A DNA stretch of 63,885 nt. Source: Gracilinanus agilis (Eukaryota). Positions 11,341 through 21,929 of this stretch are shown in pieces. The position numbers and the translations under genes were made by a program. How positions within the stretch are numbered: the first letter of the stretch is position 1; each line of letters opens with the position of its first letter. Under the pieces are notes generated by a model, which worked only from the letters and a program-made list of their open reading frames with translations, did no database searches and was not told where the DNA came from. The DNA is taken from positions 20,184,921-20,248,805 of the forward strand of contig NC_058136.1 of assembly GCF_016433145.1 (NCBI RefSeq), read 5' to 3'.

Positions 11341-13264
11341 TCTTTCCATCTCTTTTTTTTCTGGGTCTGAGGTTCCTGTCTCCTTTTTGAACTTTTTGTA
11401 TTTCAATGAGCTCATTAACTCTCCACGGAAGCAGGCAAGCGTGCTTGGATACTATGCCCAGTGTTTACTCTTATAATAGAATGTATATGCAAATTGACAG
11501 TACATATGACAAGAAACCATTGAGTAACAAACATAGCATCTAAATGTCTAGGATGTGAGTCTACTTCTCTCCTAAATCCCAGAAGTCTTCCAGATGATAA
11601 CATAGAATACTCTGCCCCAGTGTCCTAAGAACTATACAGTGTGAGTTTGCTTAGATCTTCAGTCACTCCCCTTTGGAGCAGGCAAAAGAATGCCGACTCC
11701 ATTTTTGTTTCATGCTTCCTCTAAGGTCTCTCTTCAGATGAAGGGACAGAAACTCTGGACCTGAAACTCACAACACAGAATGGGTTAAGTTAAGTTCCAG
11801 GTGGTCTTAAGAGGAAACAGAAACTTTTCTCAGTCTGGTCTGTTGACTGTCATTGGCAGGAACCATTAGCCTCCTCTGGCTTCAGCTAGCTCATCACTAA
11901 TGGGACACGATGGATGGACCCGGTAGCCAATCCTGTCAAGGAGAAGCTGACCACCCTTTACCCTGGCCTTTGGCTGTCATTCTCCAACACTAAGCACCAA
12001 AACACATTAATGCTTCCTCCCTAGTGTTATTTCCTCTAATGTTCTCCCAATCCAAAGCCTCAGCTGTTCCATGAAGCAGGGGAAGGAGCAGATGTAAAGT
12101 GAGGGATATGACATCACCCCACTAGTAAAACATTTACAGTCCCTTGATGATACACTAGGTGCATATGTACAACCGTGAACATATGTCATGAGCATCATTC
12201 GCTGGGGCTATTTTATAAACAAGAATGTCAGCTCTACTTGATGTAGAATGGTGTTCCATTGGTCTCCTGGCTTGGGCGGTCCATGTATGTCAAGGCCTTA
12301 GTAGAACTCTATTGCCTTGCCGAAGACTTTGACAATGGACTCATGCCATCATCATATTGTTATTTGATACTCTCTCGGAGCTTTTCTGAGCTTGCCTGGC
12401 AGTTAGCCAGATGGAGACATTGGCCCCTTCAGCTGATGTCTCAGTGGAGAGGTATACTGGTTGTGTCTCCAAGTCCTTTCCATCTTGTAGGACTCCAAAG
12501 CCCAAATCTATGAGTCAGCTCAGTTCGCGCTCAAATGTCGGCAGGTATGGTGAGGCCAGTAGCCTCATTCCATGTGTATGTTAGAAATGCCACAGGCTGA
12601 GTCTATATAGAGCTTTCTGCTCAGGCCTCAAGTGTCCCAGCAAGCTTATCAAGCAGGATCACTGTCTGTGGGTGTCCCTGCCAGTGGGAGGGGGCAGGTA
12701 AAGTGTCTCTAGACTTGATTCTTGCTGAAGCCAGTCCCTCCTCTTGCCCTCCCCAACCTCAGCCCAATTTTCCTTCTTGTTCCCCCTTCAGCAGGAGGGA
12801 CAGCAGGCAGGCAACTAGAGAATGAGGGGGAGTATGGGCAGCAGTAACTCTTCTCTCATTTCTCTGGGGGGGGGGCTTCACAGACAGCACCTTCTGCCTC
12901 CCTCTCCCCATAGAGATCCTGAGGCTTAGGGGAAGTAAAAAGCAGCTAAGCTCCATCTCACACAGAGTTTGGAGACCTCTGCTTTACATAGACAAACAGC
13001 CTGTATCCTTCCCCGGGCACGTTAAGCTGTGGTCTAGCTAGAAAGAGAAGAAAAGGAAAAAAGCAACGATTTAATACTGTTTCATCTACATCTTTGGTGA
13101 GTGGGAAGACAGAGGCTTCGCGAGATTCAAATTTGCCCCAGCTCTTGGTGCCATTTGGCCAGTTTTGTCAGAAAAATATAAACTGAGCCCCACTAGCTCA
13201 TGGCCTCTGTCTGTCTGTCCCTCCACTGGTGGCTGAGTTTCTTTTTCTGCTGCCAGTTTGCTAA

Positions 13265-14051
13265 GTGGAAATGTTAGAGAGACAGACAGACAAACGAAGG
13301 AGAGAAAGACACACACACAGAGGAAGGAGAGACAGAGAGACACAGAGAGACAAGCAGAGAGAGGGGAAGGAGATAGACACACAGAGAGACACAGAGTGGG
13401 AGACACAGAGAAGAAGGAGAGACAGAGAGACAAAGAGAGAGACAGACAGAGAGGAAGGACAGAGAGACACAGAAAGAGATAGAGAGAGACAGAGAGAGGA
13501 AGGAGAGAGACAAAGAGAGACAGAGAGGAAGGAGAGACACAAGCAGAGAGAGAGAGGAAGGAGAGAGACACACAGAGGGACACAGAGAGGGAGANNNNNN
13601 NNNNNNNNNNNNNNNNNNNNNNNNNNNNNNNNNNNNNNNNNNNNNNNNNNNNNNNNNNNNNNNNNNNNNNNNNNNNNNNNNNNNNNNNNNNNNNNNNNNN
13701 NNNNNNNNNNNNNNNNNNNNNNNNNNNNNNNNNNNNNNNNNNNNNNNNNNNNNNNNNNNGAAGGAGAGAAGACAGAGAGGAAGGAGAGGCAGAGAGACAG
13801 AGAGAGAGAGACAGAGAATGAGAGAGGAAGGAGAGAGAGAGAGGCCGGAGAGAGACAGACAGAGAGAGAGGAAGGAGAGAGAGANNNNNNNNNNNNNNNN
13901 NNNNNNNNNNNNNNNNNNNNNNNNNNNNNNNNNNNNNNNNNNNNNNNNNNNNNNNNNNNNNNNNNNNNNNNNNNNNNNNNNNNNNNNNNNNNNNNNNNNN
14001 NNNNNNNNNNNNNNNNNNNNNNNNNNNNNNNNNNNNNNNNNNNNNNNNNNN
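13265..14051. repeat. Complex GA-rich purine minisatellite, interrupted by two N gaps
   Basis: Units such as gaggaaggagagagacagagagacaca; almost no T on the + strand. Confidence 0.95.
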
Positions 14052-14812
14052 GGTGGCAAAGGTTACCCTGGGCCTTCAAGGCTTAGGCATTTTGGGGAAA
14101 AATCACAGAAAGATAAGATGCCCATAGGAGAAAGGCAGGACCCTGTGATCAAGGCTGAGTCTGTGACTGGCCCATGGTGGTAAGGATGGGAGAAATAGCA
14201 AGTCAAGCAGTGGTAAACACAAACAAGGGAAGAAACTCGAGCTGTTGTTTGGGGTTGGTTCAGTGGCTCCCCAAATCGTTTCTGTAGATGACTCCATCTG
14301 GTTTTGGTGAGTTTCATGGGAATGGCCGCCAAGGGAGACCAAGTGGGTTTTGCCTGCTCTAGTTTACAGTGCCCACTCCCACCCCTCACCTCCCCCCCCG
14401 CCCCCAAAAAAAGAAAGGAAAGAAGAAAGAAAGAAAAGAAAGAAAGAAAGAAAAGAGGAAGGAAAGCCAAAGAAGATTTGCTAAGGGTTGAAGTCTGTTT
14501 GTGAATAGGCACCTCGGAAGGCAGATAGAGCACCTAAACCCAAGGATCTTCATTTGGCCTNNNNNNNNNNNNNNNNNNNNNNNNNNNNNNNNNNNNNNNN
14601 NNNNNNNNNNNNNNNNNNNNNNNNNNNNNNNNNNNNNNNNNNNNNNNNNNNNNNNNNNNNNNNNNNNNNNNNNNNNNNNNNNNNNNNNNNNNNNNNNNNN
14701 NNNNNNNNNNNNNNNNNNNNNNNNNNNNNNNNNNNNNNNNNNNNNNNNNNNNNNNNNNNNNNNNNNNNNNNNNNNNNNNNNNNNNNNNNNNNNNNNNNNN
14801 NNNNNNNNNNNN
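13595..14812. other. Assembly gaps (N runs 13595-13759, 13885-14051, 14561-14812)
   Basis: N runs in the sequence; further gaps at 28673-28827, 33879-34013 and 59994-60135. Confidence 0.99.
14406..14470. repeat. (GAAA)n-like purine tract
   Basis: aaagaaaggaaagaagaaagaaagaaaagaaagaaagaaag. Confidence 0.9.
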
Positions 14813-16160
14813 CCTGTTGGAAATCAGCTGTCTTCTTCACACAGTGCTGTTGAACGGGGAAAGAACTTGTTTCTGTGGCATAATTACCAGCTCGAAGATA
14901 TGAAAAGTTGTAAGGATATTTAATTTGGCAGGGGGAGGGTGGGACTCGGCAAATGCAAACTTTCTTCTCTCCTTCTACCCGCCCCCTCCCCTCGGAGGAC
15001 AAGCTTGCTGGGGGGGGGGGGGGGAGGGGGAAGCCATGCCTCAATGGGCCAGCTTGCCGTATGCCTAAATATCTTGGGCTCCAGACAGGCTTTCCAGCCT
15101 TTCTTTCTTCAGGGTGATAGACAGACATACAGCATAAATATAGCAAGGACAAAAAAAAATATCGTCTGAATGCAGCCATCAGCTAGCCATTGAGTGCACT
15201 GTGGCAAAGGTAATGGGTCACTTATTTACCATGAAGACTAGGAAGAAAACTGTCGGAATTTGGACAGTGCTATGGCAATTTCGGGAGGGAAAGTGACTCC
15301 CTTCCTTTCACTGGCAGAGAATTCGCTTTGTTTTCGCATGTTTTAGATCAATAACTGTTAACAGTAAAGGGGTGACAATGGCTGTAATAACCATGAACAG
15401 TCTGCCGAGTAGATTGACGGTTTCCAAGTTAAACACGGCAGTCTTCTGAATTAATACATACAGTATATATGTTTGGGTTTGTTTTAATTGAAGGGAAAAA
15501 AAGGCTTGATCTATAGACACCAAAAGGGGGCACCAGGGCATTAAAGAAGTTCAGATATTTAGAGTGCTGAAGACGAGGAAATGAAGTGAAGTTTGGGGAG
15601 CTGGGATTTTCTCTGGGCGCTGCTCCTGGGCTCTAGCCTCGCTTTGGAAAAGTTGTTATAGGAAAAAAGTCACAGAGTAATCAGTGGGTCCTTTGTGCTT
15701 TGGGGGAAGTCGGTGTCGATGTTCTGCAAGAGCATTTCTGAGAGGGGGTTGGGGTGCTCTTTCAGTCTGGGAGTGGAAAGCCAGAAAACGCCAAGTTTTG
15801 TTTTAAGGACACCAAAGTGCTGCTTGCTACCTTCCTGAGTCCAGAAAAGTCAGAGGGGTGGACAGATTTCACCTCTCTCCCCTCAACCTTCCCCATCCCC
15901 AGATTTGGGGTTTGCCCCCCCCTTTCCCTTGAAGTTTCTTCCGGATTTGTTCCAGTAGAGGTTTCTCTTTTTTTAGTCTTTATCTATAAAGATAAACATC
16001 AGAATCTCGCGTTCGCCTTTTCAGAGGGAAGGGAGAAAGGTGGGGAGGGGAGAGGAAGGAGAAAGGGAAGATGGGAAGAGTAGAAGGTATTGCCATGAAA
16101 GGCTTTCAGAATGGAATATTTTTAAGGAAAGCATCATGCCTCTGGCTTGTTCTTGTTCTT

Positions 16161-16193
16161 GTTGTTGTGGTGGTGGTGGTGGTGGTGGTGGTC
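16161..16193. repeat. (GTT)2(GTG)8 trinucleotide repeat
   Basis: gttgttgtggtggtggtggtggtggtggtggtc. Confidence 0.95.
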
Positions 16194-17050
16194 GAGCCCA
16201 AGGACTGAAAAATCGTTGGGGCATCTGTGGAGGGAGGGAGCGACCTGCGCAGACGGGACATTTGCAGAGTTGTTAGAAGACTTGCAAAAACTAAATAAGA
16301 GGTTCACTACCGGCCCGACTAAACTGACTTCCTTTTCGCTTTGCGAGGCATCGGATGGTTAGAGTTCAGATTTCTGCAATTGTCGACTCTGTGAAATTGA
16401 CATTGTCCGCCGGGCTCAGGCCTCCCGCGTGGCCCAAACAGCGGGCTTCTCGGTCCCCAGTCAGATCGGCCCCGTTTCCGTCACTGGCGAATTCTTCTTC
16501 TCCGAGTCGAAATCCGTTCGCTGGAGCTGGTGCCCGGACTGGCCGGGTTTTTGCCTCGGGATAACTCGGCGGCTCCTGTGTGCAGCGATGGCAGCGGGCT
16601 TTGCTGGCAACTGTTTTGTACTCCGCGGCTCGCTCCCTGGCTCGCCGGGGGCTCGGGGTGTTAGTTAACGTAGCAATCGAAAACAAGAGTGTGGCCCGGG
16701 GCCCCGGAGCTCTTTTGTCATTTTTATTTTGAGCCGCTTCCGGGCAGGCGCTTCCAAAGCCCGGGAATGCGAGCCTTTCGGGGAGAAAGTGTTTTAGAGT
16801 GGAATTTGGAGCCGCCGCCTCTCGAGCTGGCTCTTCGGATGGGTTCCTGGATCCTCTACTAGTCCACGCTAGGCAATTTACAAGCCGCGCTTACAGTCTC
16901 ATATAACTTTTATGATACATGGAACTAATTAGGATATTGTTTAACAGAAAATTCGAGGAGAAAGAACGGGCAAAGCCTTTCCAGATTTGGAGGAAAGCGA
17001 GCTTCTTTCCTCAAGTGCTCGAAATTGTCCCCGAAAATCTCTCCTTGTGC
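16190..17050. promoter_or_regulatory. CpG island core (CpG-retaining domain extends ~14.8-19.6 kb)
   Basis: About 30 CpG counted in 16381-16680 versus about 2 in a same-sized L1 stretch (35041-35340); GC-rich; no interspersed repeats. Confidence 0.85.
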
Positions 17051-18097
17051 CCTTCATTCTAGGCCGCTTGGACAGACTTTGAAAGCGACTCTCCTGTTGG
17101 AAAGGAAAGAGACCAGGGTTAGCAGACGTCTAACTTTTCATTGGCAGGACCAATCGCTTTCGGGTCCCCCAATTGTTGTTGGGCTTTTCCTCCCCAAACG
17201 TGTTGGTATATTTTAAATGCTGCCCGTGAACATGACATGGTGTCATCTAAGAAAATATTTCCCCAGGCCGGGAGAAGTGGGTTATTTTTTAACCAAAAAT
17301 ATTTTCTTTGGAGCTGTGCGGTGTTCCCCTACATTGCAGTCCATCATGGCAACGGCATGAGGCTGCTTGTGATGAATTCACTTCCTTTATTAAGTGAACG
17401 ATTGCAAAAGAAAGGCGGTTTCCCCGAGAATCATCTGGCAGAGACAGTGGTTTTTCCCTCTGTGCCCTCTCTGGGGCTTGTCATTTTCCTGAAGGGTCAG
17501 CTTATGATTTATTCAATCAGTTGTTGTACATTGTGGGAACAGAACCAAAGCAGGAAAATAGGATTCTTTAGGGTGCCCACGGCCCGTGTTTGGGCATCAC
17601 CCAAATCCGAGGTCTGGGAAAGCTGCAGGAAGTCTTGCCCGGGGGGAAATGATCGCTCCCCTCACCTGCGTCTAGAACGGTTCAAATGAAAAGATGTCAC
17701 CAGATTCTGTTTGCTTTTGCCTCTGTAACCAGTTTTAGTTGGGGGAAAAAACCCCAGTCCGTTTGCTAATACTTAAAAAACGACACAAGCGCAGTGACTC
17801 CTTTTTAACCATATTTTCCATGAGTGTCTCCATGGAACCAAACCAGTAGCCCTTTGGAGGTGGGTCTGCCAACTAGAATTCATGCATGAAAGGGCCTGAA
17901 ATGAACAGGGCTCCTTCCAAAGGGGCCATTCGCCTTTAAGGAAACTACCTCGGGGGTTCAAAAAGGAAATGGATCAATATTCCCAGCAGCCAAGGTTCCT
18001 GATCAATTTCACCGATGGATGTGGTCGCACAAATAGAGCTTGAAGCCCTCCACGCCGAGCCTCTGCCTTCAAGAGAGAGATCTTTCCTCTTTTACAG

Positions 18098-18191
18098 AAC
18101 AATCCCCCCCCCAACCCCAGACAGACAGAATCTCGGGATTTCTGCTGGCCTCGGTGGTTTGGGGCTGCCCCTCTAGCTTGGTTTCTAAAAG
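18098..18191 (+). ncRNA. Candidate internal exon (94 nt) of an unannotated transcript
   Basis: Acceptor tctttcctcttttacag| and donor aaag|gtaagc; no transcript data. Confidence 0.35.
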
Positions 18192-19124
18192 GTAAGCTCC
18201 CTCTGTACACCGAGGGAGAGGCGCTACGGGGTTCTTTCATTAGAGGGATGAGAGAGAAATCTGGGAAACAATGCACAGCACAGGCTGTAATTAGGGCCCG
18301 AGAACGGAAAAGTTTTCCAAGCGAGTAAAGTGCCCCCTCCCGAGACTCTCTTATTTAAAGGTGCCATTTCATTAGAGGTTTGCGGGTCCTTTTTCAGCAC
18401 CTCCAGAGATTTGCTTTTTTGGTCATCTGGGACAATGCAACGGAACAGCAAAGAGGAGCTCGGACCATGGAAACCCCGCACGCTGAAATCTTTGTGGTTG
18501 CAAGGCTCCCCGTTCAGTAAACGAGGGGGGCCAACTGAGAGCCCCCAGTATCAGGCCGAATGCTAGACTGAATTCCGATGTTTATTATGAAGAGTGAACG
18601 TGCTTTTCCATGGCATCCGGGTCATTTGATTTGGAGGAGAGCCTCCTGCTAGCCCGGCAGTCTGAAACACTGCCCGAGTCTGTGGAGAGGCCGCCCAGAT
18701 CGCCGCTGGTCAAACGAATTTCCCCCATTTGAGCAATGAGGGAAAAATGTAAAATCTTCAGTCCTGAGAAAGACAAAGGAAGCCCGTCTAGGGCAAAGTG
18801 CCAGTCCAGATCTGCGGCATTTCCCCAAGCAGATGCCCAGCCCCGAAGTTTGCTACAGCCAGCCTAGGAGTTGTATGTTTATTTAGGTTACAGCCAAGGC
18901 AAGGAAACTGGGCTCTTTGCAGAGAAGCATACCGATCTGGGAACGGCCAGGTTTGGAACAATTGCGCTGGCTCTCCTGATTGCAGAGAAGCAGCATAAAG
19001 GAGACCCTGCCTGAGCGGGAACTGGATCTGCTTCCATTCTCTGCCTTCATAATTCAGTAAAGCCAAGTTTTCAAAGCTCACAATACCTTTGGAAAACCTG
19101 CTTTTTCATGGGATAACAAAGGTC

Positions 19125-19275
19125 CCGGGCAGCATGGTGTGCTAGAAAGAGCCCTGGATTTGGAGTCACAAAGACCGAGTTTTAAATCCTGCCTCTGACC
19201 CTTGCTTAGCTGGGCAATCCTGGACAAGTCGCTGCCCCTTTCAGGACCTCAGTCTCCTCATTTGTAAAATTGCCA
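19125..19275 (+). mobile_element. MIR/CORE-SINE (first interspersed repeat after the CpG domain)
   Basis: gccctggatttggagtca...cctggacaagtc...ctcagtctcctcatttgtaaaat. Confidence 0.8.
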
Positions 19276-19729
19276 TAGGATTTGCGCCATCTACCTCAGC
19301 CTTCCCTGAAGTCCTGCTGGGACGCCCGCTCACAGTCGGGGTGGGAGGGAGCAGTGTACCCCTGAGTTCTTGAAGCCTGTGTCCATGGAGCCCTGACAAG
19401 TCTCACCAAAATAAAGTCTTTGACTATGGGCCCGGGGACAGTCTGTTTGTCTTTTGTCTTAAGATCACACTAGCTGGATTCAAAGGAAGCTCATCACTAG
19501 CTGCTCTCCGCATAATGACGTTTTCTGCCACTGAAACTCTCAAAGAAATGTAGAGGGGTTAGTTACAGTTTTTGTTGGTGAAAGAAGGACGCCCTGACAA
19601 CACTCGCAGGCATTTTTGCTGTTGCGCTCTCTCTCAGGGCCAGGGGCGTTTCTTTTAAGCAGGTGTAAGCCAGGGTTGCACTCATTCCTATGAAATCTCA
19701 TTCCCTAAAACCAGAAGTCAATAATAGCA

Positions 19730-19950
19730 AATATCATACTTTAAGGTTTGCCCAGCACTTTACATATATTTTTTTCATTTGCCCCTCCTAATAAAGTACG
19801 GAGGTGAGGTGCTGTTCCCCACCCCTCCAGTTAACAGATGGAGAAACTGAGGCCAGCGACTTGCCCAAGGCCATACAGCTAGTAAGCGTCTGAGTCTGGA
19901 TTTGCACTCAGGCCTTCTTGACGCCACATCCATCCCTCTAGCTACCTTAC
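19730..19950 (-). mobile_element. MIR/CORE-SINE
   Basis: cagatggagaaactgaggc...gacttgcccaagg...cagctagtaag...tctgag. Confidence 0.8.
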
Positions 19951-20487
19951 CACTTAGATGCCTCTAAGTTGCAGAGAGAATACCAATCTGAACTGTTAGA
20001 CAGTTGCCTCACATGCGTTCTCTCTGTTGGGGAAATCACAAGTGCAATCTTTATCTCTATCCTAAATTTCGCCTTATTAAATCTGGCCTAATGCTCTAGC
20101 CTGTCGAGAGCTCTTTGGTTCCCGAGTCTGTCATCCAATCTGCTAGTTATTTCTTCGAGCTTTGTTTCATTGGAAACTCTGACAAGCGTGCCATCTTTAG
20201 CTTTAACCAAGTTGTTAATAAAAATGCTAAACGGTACAGCACTAGATATTCCTCCCCAGGGCCCTCCATTAGAGACCTCCTCCCAAACTGATAGAGAACT
20301 ATCAAAGACTACCCTTTGGATCCAGCTAGCCAATCACTTCCAAATCTACATAATTGTACTGTCATCATCTAGACAGCATCTCTCGATCTTTTCCAGAAGA
20401 ATATCACAACAGAACTGAACGGTGTATTCTCCTGATCTATTGATTTAATAATCCTGTCAAAAAAGTTTCCTTATGGTTGGTCTAGCC

Positions 20488-20680
20488 CAGCGGTTCCCAG
20501 ACTTTGTTGGCCTCGCGCCCCCTTTCCAGAAAAAATATTCCTTAGCCCCCTGGAAATTAATTTTTTAAAAAGTTTAATAGCAATTAATAGGAAAGATAAA
20601 TGCACCCGTGGCCATCACCGCCCTCCTGGATCACTGCAGCACCCACCAGGGGGCGGTGGCACCCACTTTGGGAATCACTG
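20488..20680. mobile_element. hAT MITE family C (193 bp)
   Basis: TIRs cagcggttcccagact / tttgggaatcactg; TSD gtctagcc (20480-20487) / gtctagcg (20681-20688). Confidence 0.9.
20643..20655 (+). promoter_or_regulatory. Candidate CTCF core motif inside the MITE
   Basis: CCACCAGGGGGCG matches the CTCF core consensus. Confidence 0.5.
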
Positions 20681-21929
20681 GTCTAGCGGGACCTGTTTTT
20701 TAGGAGAGTAGGACAGCTTCTGGGATTACTATTTTCTTTTCTAGATCTTTACCAACCATCCCTTTAACCTTGCATTCTCCAACATTTCCAGGGACCAAAC
20801 TCAGGCTTACTAGCCTATAGTGCCCAGCTTTTATTCTTTTCTCTTTCTCTGCAAATGGAAGCAACCCGTCTTGCTTCACCTTTCAGTTCTCTGTTACCTT
20901 TTGAAGATCATGGACAGTGACTCAGTGGTCACATCCACTGTCTCTCAGAACCTTCGGATATAGTTCTTCTGAGCTTGATGATTTGAATTCATCAAGAAAT
21001 AATGCAGACTTTGATTTGGGGCATTGCCTTTCCCTCTCTTTTGAACATTGCCTTCCAAGTGTTGTTTGTAACGACTTCAACTCTTTTCCCCAACATCACT
21101 TAAAGAGGTTGGTAAGCAAAATACCCATTTGTTGAGGGGCAGGGAGAGAAGACTGTCTGTGACAATCTCTTCTATCCCTGAGCTCCTAAAACCCTTCCTA
21201 CATGCCCTTCATCTGGCAATTTGTAACTTCCTTGAGTTATTACGAATTGTTTTTTCATTTGAGTTATGTCCTTCCTTGATTATAAACTCTTTGTATTATT
21301 CTTCTCTGTATCTCTCATGGTGCCCAGCAGCCTTTGCACATAGTAGGTACTTAATAGATGCTTATAGACTGGTCAAAGGTTGAGTTAGCTTTAGAAACTA
21401 TTATTGAATCACAGGATTGGAGAGTTCCTCAGAGGGAACCTAAGGCAATCCATACTTGAACAACATCTTCTACTTCCTGTATCATCTCTGCCAAATGGGA
21501 TTCCAACCTCTACTTGAAGATCTCCAGTGGCAGAGAATTATATCATTTTCCTTATGATGCACTGAATTCTCCCTTTCTGCATCTCTTTCTCCTCCTTCTC
21601 CATTTGGGGCATTAGGTATGGATTATTAGAGTCTAACTAACCAGAGCTGAGAGAAAGAACTTGCTTGAGGAAAGACATGTTCAATAAGAAGCCATGCTGA
21701 ATCAAACCAGAAATTCGGGGATAACCAAATCCAAAGGTCTGTCAGGAATTGTGAGAAGGAGTTTGTAGTGGAAAGAAGATAAAGGAAGGGAAGTAATAGT
21801 CTTGGGCATCTCAACATTTTGTTTCAAGCAACTTTTCCATCAAAGACAATGATCTTTGACAATGATGGCAACTTAGCCATGGCCTCTGCTCCACCCACCC
21901 ACCCATCCTATCCAATGAAATCAAACTTA

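Larger units (their letters stand above)
20060..21130 (-). mobile_element. CR1/L3 LINE ORF2 (reverse transcriptase) relic, interrupted by a hAT MITE
   Basis: ORF 20088-20333 reads WIQRVVFDSSLSVWEEVSNGGPWG...FSIFINNL...TKLEE...ALDRLEH, matching CR1 RT (QRVVING..W.EV.SGVPQGSVLGP.LFNIFINDL..DTKL..DLDRLE); right boundary approximate. Confidence 0.85.

Noticed and set aside
9880-12700. Endogenous viral element or processed pseudogene in unique-looking DNA
   Set aside because: The frames I translated are short and show no viral or cellular motifs; a translated search would be needed to exclude very old relics
13265-14051. Marsupial Rsx (X-inactivation lncRNA) repeat domain
   Set aside because: Rsx has many kb of GC-rich tandem repeats; this short GA array does not resemble it
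13086-14183. Long SLCL-rich or RERETE-rich ORFs
   Set aside because: Artefacts of the stop-free GA/CT minisatellite and of translation through N gaps
15372-15381. miR-122-like word GTGACAATGG
   Set aside because: Only 10 nt match and no precursor hairpin
16366-16686. 106-aa ORF in the CpG island as a transcription factor exon
   Set aside because: No ATG start, no recognisable domain in the frames examined; long open frames are expected in GC-rich DNA
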